Origin: Candidatus Bathyarchaeota archaeon
Lineage (GTDB): Archaea; Thermoproteota; Bathyarchaeia; Bathyarchaeales; Bathycorpusculaceae
DNA: 64,000 nt
Assembly: GCA_963767735.1 (NCBI GenBank)
Contig: CAVYES010000005.1
Coordinates: forward strand, 192,001 to 256,000
Direction of reading: 5' to 3'
Shown here piece by piece: positions 59,302-64,000 of the stretch. Below the pieces are notes generated by a model, which saw nothing but the letters and a program-made list of their open reading frames with translations, searched no databases and was not told the DNA's origin. The position numbers and the translations under genes were made by a program. How positions within the stretch are numbered: position 1 is the first letter of the stretch; the number at the start of each line of letters is the position of its first letter.

Positions 59302-60125
59302 TTAACCAAGCTTAAGATTTTTTCATGAATCTGCATGTTGCCTGAAGCTATGAAACTTAAAGTTTGTTTGGGATCCAACTCAATGTTTAATGCTTGATTC
59401 TCTGGCGATGTTACTATTCCGCCTGCCTCCTTTATAATGAGAAAGCCTGCCGCTACGTCTGTGGTTCGGAGTTTTCCACGTATGTCAACAAACGCATCCG
59501 TCAACCCATTTGCCACATAGCAGAGTTCAAGTGCGTTGGCGCCGAAATGGCGGATATGTTTTGTTTTGGCGATAAGTTCGGTCAGTTTTGGCGCAATTTC
59601 CTTGACTTTGTAAGTGTTTAAGTCTAAGCCTATCATTGCATCGTCCAACGTGGCCGTTTTTGAAGTCTGTATTTTTTCACCATCCCGATAAGCCCCTTCA
59701 CCCTTAAAGGCGGTGTAAGTTACCTTGTGGTATAGGTCAGAAACCATGCCTGCATAAACGTTTGCAAGCATGCGTTTGTCAGAAACTGCGATTGAGCAAG
59801 CATAGAAGGGTAAACCATGCATAAAATTTGTGCTTCCATCAATAGGATCAACCGTAACAAAGCATTCCTCTGCCGAAGCGCCGAACTTTTTTACCCCTGA
59901 CTCCTCGCTAATCAGCGTAAACGAAACGTGATGCTGCTTTAAGGTTTCAACGATTGCTGTTTCAGCCGCCAAATCCATCGGCTTCATAACGTCTCCACCG
60001 GCGCCCATGCCCAAGTTAGGTTGAGGCTCCCGGATTGTGGCTAAGCATGGCTGAATGCTGGCTCGTACATTGCTCTGGCATTCAAGCAGAATTTTTTGCC
60101 AGCCGTTTGGTTTTTGCGTTTTCAA
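59289..60125 (-). CDS. suhB: Inositol monophosphatase/FBPase
   Basis: SEE, DPIDGSTN, R.FGA, D.AAG..I..EAGG. Confidence 0.9.
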   Translation of the reverse strand: MKTQKPNGWQKILLECQSNVRASIQPCLATIREPQPNLGMGAGGDVMKPMDLAAETAIVETLKQHHVSFTLISEESGVKKFGASAEECFVTVDPIDGSTNFMHGLPFYACSIAVSDKRMLANVYAGMVSDLYHKVTYTAFKGEGAYRDGEKIQTSKTATLDDAMIGLDLNTYKVKEIAPKLTELIAKTKHIRHFGANALELCYVANGLTDAFVDIRGKLRTTDVAAGFLIIKEAGGIVTSPENQALNIELDPKQTLSFIASGNMQIHEKILSLVKCPC

Positions 60126-60308
60126 TGGAACACCTTCGCGTGTTTTCTAATATGCTGACAAGTTGATAAATGCTATACTTTGTATTTTTATGGGAAGGAC
60201 AAATATGCAGTTAGCCTCAGAAACATTTGACGTGAAAGCAAAGCAGATTATTTGAGCCTAACTCCCGAAACGCTTATATTTTCTGGATAACGTCCTATTG
60301 AGCAAGGT

Positions 60309-60441
60309 TCGAAGCTACCATGTCCAATTGCAAAAGCAACAAAGAAAACAACACATCACAGTCACCTAGCTTCGACTACTATTTTTACGGTTATTTTTCT
60401 TAAGCCCAGAACTGAAAAGTTTTTTGAGCAAAGTTCTGGGC
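60309..60441 (+). promoter_or_regulatory. Leader RNA hairpins (putative attenuator)
   Basis: TCGAAGCTA(60309)/TAGCTTCGA(60367); GCCCAGAACT(60404)/AGTTCTGGGC(60432) enclosing a T6 run. Confidence 0.65.
60320..60403 (+). CDS. Putative Phe/Tyr-rich leader peptide (27 aa)
   Basis: MSNCKSNKENNTSQSPSFDYYFYGYFS; 7 of codons 18-26 are Phe/Tyr; lies upstream of the aro operon. Confidence 0.7.
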   Translation: MSNCKSNKENNTSQSPSFDYYFYGYFS

Positions 60442-60459
60442 AAGGCATGGGTGTAAGAG

Positions 60460-61707
60460 ATGGCAAAAAATAATTCTTGCAGAAGAATTGTTGTTAAATT
60501 CGGTGGTTCTAGCTTAGCTGATCATGAGCGTCTCTTAAAAGCGGCGCTTGCGGTTGTAAACGAAGCAAAGGAAGGCACGCAGGTGGCTGTTGTAGTTTCT
60601 GCTATGGGTAAAACCACCGATGCCCTTATGGCGACAGCGAAAAACGCTTCCAATGGGAAACTGGAGAAAAAAGACTTAGACGATATTCTCTCGATGGGTG
60701 AGCGAACCAGCATAAGAATATTTGCTGCTGCGCTAAAGACCAACGGTGCAGAATCCTGCTATTTTGACCCGATAGACAATAACTGGCCAATAATAACTGA
60801 TTCTGCATTCCAAAACGCCAATCCAATCCTGAAAGATTGCGAAAAAAACATACGTGAATGCATACTGCCCATTTTGGAAAAAGGCGTCATACCTGTAGTG
60901 GCAGGGTTTCTTGGCAAAACTAAAGACGGCAAAATCACTACTCTCGGAAGAGGCGGCAGCGATACAACGGCGTTTATTTTAGCTGAAGCATTGAACGCTG
61001 ACGAAATCGTCTTAGTCACCGATGCAGACGGCATAATGTCAGGTGACCCAAAAATCGTCTCCAACCCAGAACGCCTAGAAGAAATCGATGTTAACACAAT
61101 AGTTGGACTTGCCGACTCAGGTGCTAAATTTATTCACAGTAAGGCCTTAAAGTACAAACCAAAAAATATCAACGTTAGAGTAATCAATCATGCACACGGC
61201 AACTTAACTAACGAGGGAACAGTAATCACGGGAGCGTTAGCAAGTGAACTTGACGCGGAAATAGCCCATCCTTTTCCAGTTGCTGAAATAACGGTGGTCG
61301 GAAACGGAATCTCCGCTAATCCGCAAATTATTCAAGAAATGGTGGAAAAAACAAAACAGCACTCCCTGCTTTTGGGCATGTCGATGAATACAAACTCAAT
61401 CTTACTTTACGCTTCTCAAGAAAAGAACTTAGACACTCTCTTCAACGATATTCACGATATCACAAAGCGCAACAAAGAAACCATCGCGATGGCGGTCAAA
61501 AAAGACCTGGTCTTCATAAAAACAAGCGGCGTCGGCTTAGAAGAAACCCACGGCATTATCGGTAAAATCAGCGAAGACCTCAGACTGAACGGCATAAACA
61601 TTTCTGGCATACTAACCATAACATCAAGCATCCTGCTTTTTGTAGATTGGGCTGAACGTGAAAAAGCTCTTAAGCTAATTAAAAACTCATTAAGGACTTC
61701 TAAATAA
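60460..61707 (+). CDS. lysC: Aspartate kinase
   Basis: KFGGSS, VVSAMG, GE, TTLGRGGSD, TD..G..DP; ACT domains. Confidence 0.92.
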   Translation: MAKNNSCRRIVVKFGGSSLADHERLLKAALAVVNEAKEGTQVAVVVSAMGKTTDALMATAKNASNGKLEKKDLDDILSMGERTSIRIFAAALKTNGAESCYFDPIDNNWPIITDSAFQNANPILKDCEKNIRECILPILEKGVIPVVAGFLGKTKDGKITTLGRGGSDTTAFILAEALNADEIVLVTDADGIMSGDPKIVSNPERLEEIDVNTIVGLADSGAKFIHSKALKYKPKNINVRVINHAHGNLTNEGTVITGALASELDAEIAHPFPVAEITVVGNGISANPQIIQEMVEKTKQHSLLLGMSMNTNSILLYASQEKNLDTLFNDIHDITKRNKETIAMAVKKDLVFIKTSGVGLEETHGIIGKISEDLRLNGINISGILTITSSILLFVDWAEREKALKLIKNSLRTSK

Positions 61708-61723
61708 CAAAAGGTGACAAAAC

Positions 61724-62515
61724 ATGAATCAAGGCAAAAAACGGCGATTAAAAAGAATCATGCGCGAAGACAACCGCACGGTAATCGTGCCCATGGATCA
61801 CGGCGTAACAATCGGACCAATCCAAGGAATAACCAACATGCAAGAAATAATCAATCAGCTCCTAAAAGGAGGCGTTGACGCTGTGCTGGTCCACAAAGGC
61901 ATAGCCAAGCTGGTAGATGTTGAAAACGCGGGTTTAATAGTGCAGTTGTCAGGCATGTCAAACCTTAGCCCGAACATAAACGGTAAAGTCCAAGTGTGCA
62001 GTGTTCAAGAAGCCATACGCTTAGGCGCAGACGCGGTCTCCGTGCACGTGAATGTTGGTTCACAAGATGAGGACAAAATGCTAAGCAACCTAGGCAAAGT
62101 ATCTGACGAATGCGACATATACGGTATCCCGCTGCTTGCCATGATGTACGCTCGAGGACCAAAAATACAAAATGAACATGCGCCAGAGGTGGTAGCTCAC
62201 GCTGCAAGAATCGGCGCTGAACTAGGTGCAGACATAATCAAAGCAAACTTCACAGGAGATATCGACACGTTCAAAACAGTCATCGAAAGCTGTCCAGTTC
62301 CAGTTGTAATTGCTGGAGGACCAAAATGCAAAACATCCCAAGAAATCCTTCAAACCACGCATGATTCAATAACGGCGGGGGCTGTAGGGCTCTCCATTGG
62401 ACGAAACGTGTTTCAACATGAGAACCCAACTTTAATTGTTAAGGCGCTCTCAGCAATCGTTCATGATGGGGTTAGCGTGGAGCAAGCGCTTAAAATTCTC
62501 GGTGAAAAAGCTTGA
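61724..62515 (+). CDS. aroA': 2-amino-3,7-dideoxy-D-threo-hept-6-ulosonate (ADH) synthase
   Basis: PMDHG, AMMYARG, ELGADIIK, IAGGPK, GRNVFQ; adjacent to DHQ synthase II. Confidence 0.9.
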   Translation: MNQGKKRRLKRIMREDNRTVIVPMDHGVTIGPIQGITNMQEIINQLLKGGVDAVLVHKGIAKLVDVENAGLIVQLSGMSNLSPNINGKVQVCSVQEAIRLGADAVSVHVNVGSQDEDKMLSNLGKVSDECDIYGIPLLAMMYARGPKIQNEHAPEVVAHAARIGAELGADIIKANFTGDIDTFKTVIESCPVPVVIAGGPKCKTSQEILQTTHDSITAGAVGLSIGRNVFQHENPTLIVKALSAIVHDGVSVEQALKILGEKA

Positions 62516-63540
62516 AGGAACTTTGGATAGAAACATCGCTGGAAAAAAAACAAGCTTTAGAGCCGCTTGTCAGTCAGTTTAGCGATTGGGTGGTTGAAGA
62601 AGATAAAGCCACCTTTCTGGTAAACAAAAAAAACATAACCCTCGATATCTTTTCTCCCAAAAAAGCAGAGAAGCTCGAAAAAATTAATGTCTACAAGAAA
62701 ATTGTACGGATTTGTATCAGTGATAAGGAAACCGAAAACCAAATTGTTGAAGCATCTGAGCTTGGAGCAACCTACTTAATTATAAGTTGCGCAAACTGGC
62801 GTGTTATTCCGCTAGAAAACCTAATCGCGCGCATAAAGGGCAAAAGCAAATTAATCGCCGAAGTAACCAATGCCGAAGAGGCAAAGGTGGCACTTGAAAC
62901 CCTTGAATTAGGAACCGACGGCGTTTTGCTGAAAACTTCTAACCTTGAAGAAGTTCGCAAAACGGTTGCCATCGTTAAGCCAGAGGCTTTGAATCTTGAA
63001 ATGGCGGTCGGAAAAATAGTTTCCACAAAGCCTATCAGCACTGGTGCTCGGGTTTGTGTGGACACTTGTGAGTTGATGACACAGGGCGAAGGCATGCTCG
63101 TCGGCAGCCAAAGCGCAGGCTTATTCTTGGTGGAAGCAGAAGTCAACGAGAACCCTTATGTCGCGTCCCGACCATTTAGGGTTAATGCGGGGTCAGTATC
63201 CATGTACACATTAGGTACCCTGCAAACCACCCGTTATCTCCAAGAATTCAAAGCAGGAGATGAAGTTATAATTGTAAACCGCGAAGGCAAAACACGTAAA
63301 ACCAACGTGGGACGCATAAAAATCGAAATCAGACCGCTCATTCTCGTAGAGGCGCAGGTTGAAGGCAAAATCATAAAAACCATTCTGCAAAACGCCGAAA
63401 CCATCCGCCTAGTCACCCCAAAAGACTCAAAGCCAATAACCGAACTCAAACCCAACGACGATGTCATAGTGCACTTAGCTGCGAAGGGGGGCCGGCACTT
63501 CGGCGTATCCGTGCCTGAAGAAACGGTGATAGAGAAGTGA
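62512..63540 (+). CDS. aroB': 3-dehydroquinate synthase II
   Basis: W.VIPLENLIA, RVCVDT, GEGMLVGS, RPFRVNAG, LQNAET, RHFG. Confidence 0.93.
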   Translation: MKELWIETSLEKKQALEPLVSQFSDWVVEEDKATFLVNKKNITLDIFSPKKAEKLEKINVYKKIVRICISDKETENQIVEASELGATYLIISCANWRVIPLENLIARIKGKSKLIAEVTNAEEAKVALETLELGTDGVLLKTSNLEEVRKTVAIVKPEALNLEMAVGKIVSTKPISTGARVCVDTCELMTQGEGMLVGSQSAGLFLVEAEVNENPYVASRPFRVNAGSVSMYTLGTLQTTRYLQEFKAGDEVIIVNREGKTRKTNVGRIKIEIRPLILVEAQVEGKIIKTILQNAETIRLVTPKDSKPITELKPNDDVIVHLAAKGGRHFGVSVPEETVIEK

Positions 63541-64000
63541 CAGCGAGAATCTGCGTTTCGATTCTCCCAAAAAACAATCTTGAAGCGTTAAGTCTCATCG
63601 AGACGGCAGAGAAAGCAAAGGCAAACCTCATAGAAGTTAGGCTAGACTGCCTTGAGTCACATAGAAACCTGTCAGATCTTGTTAAAGGCACCAAAATTCC
63701 CCTAATCGCCACGAACAAGCTAACAATTGAAAAAGGATTTTTTGCCGGAACTGAAACGGAGCGGCAGCAAACATTACTATCAGCTGCCAAGAACGGTTTC
63801 GAATATGTCGATGTTGACTTATTAAGCCTAAAACTTAATGAAACAATCGGCAAACTCAAGCCATTAGGCGCTAAACTAATCGTTTCTTTCCACAAATTCG
63901 ACGGCGTCTTAAGTGTTTCTGAAATGGAGCAGATTCTGAAGCAAGAAATGGCTTGTGGTGCTACCGTCTGTAAGATTGTGACAACAGCAGAGAAAATCGA
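63537..64000 (+). CDS. aroD: Type I 3-dehydroquinate dehydratase (3' truncated by window)
   Basis: GTG 63537: RICVSI..IEVRLD..IATN..EKG..YVDVD..IVSFHKF..CKIV. Confidence 0.88.
   Translation, partial: MTARICVSILPKNNLEALSLIETAEKAKANLIEVRLDCLESHRNLSDLVKGTKIPLIATNKLTIEKGFFAGTETERQQTLLSAAKNGFEYVDVDLLSLKLNETIGKLKPLGAKLIVSFHKFDGVLSVSEMEQILKQEMACGATVCKIVTTAEKI

Noticed and set aside
63464-63895. 143-aa minus-strand ORF
   Set aside because: Antisense shadow of aroD.

Overview
Archaeal chromosomal window, most likely Bathyarchaeia (inferred from gene content: histone, Alba and Cren7-like genes, aIF2-alpha, form III RuBisCO with the AMP pathway, archaeal ADH/DHQ-synthase-II shikimate entry, CdrS-like RHH). 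The left arm carries nfnAB, the AMP phosphorylase / RuBisCO (frameshifted) / R15P isomerase trio, a Dol-P/PMT/GT-C glycosylation operon and a sedolisin. The centre (about 17.7-35.7 kb) is an accessory zone around a divergent tRNA-Thr(GGT)/tRNA-Leu(TAG) pair, and both tRNAs show duplicated 3' ends. The 6.2-kb tRNA-Thr element has a decayed SSV-type split tyrosine integrase followed by seven co-oriented ~130-bp imperfect palindromic repeats that separate small gene units, resembling an integron-like cassette array. The tRNA-Leu island carries a histone, a Cren7-like gene and a 17-aa Lys-rich mini-gene. The right arm has transport and housekeeping genes and the start of an aromatic amino acid operon, preceded by an unannotated 27-aa Phe/Tyr-rich leader peptide with hairpins that looks like a ribosome-sensed attenuator. 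All calls come from reading the sequence; no database searches were run.
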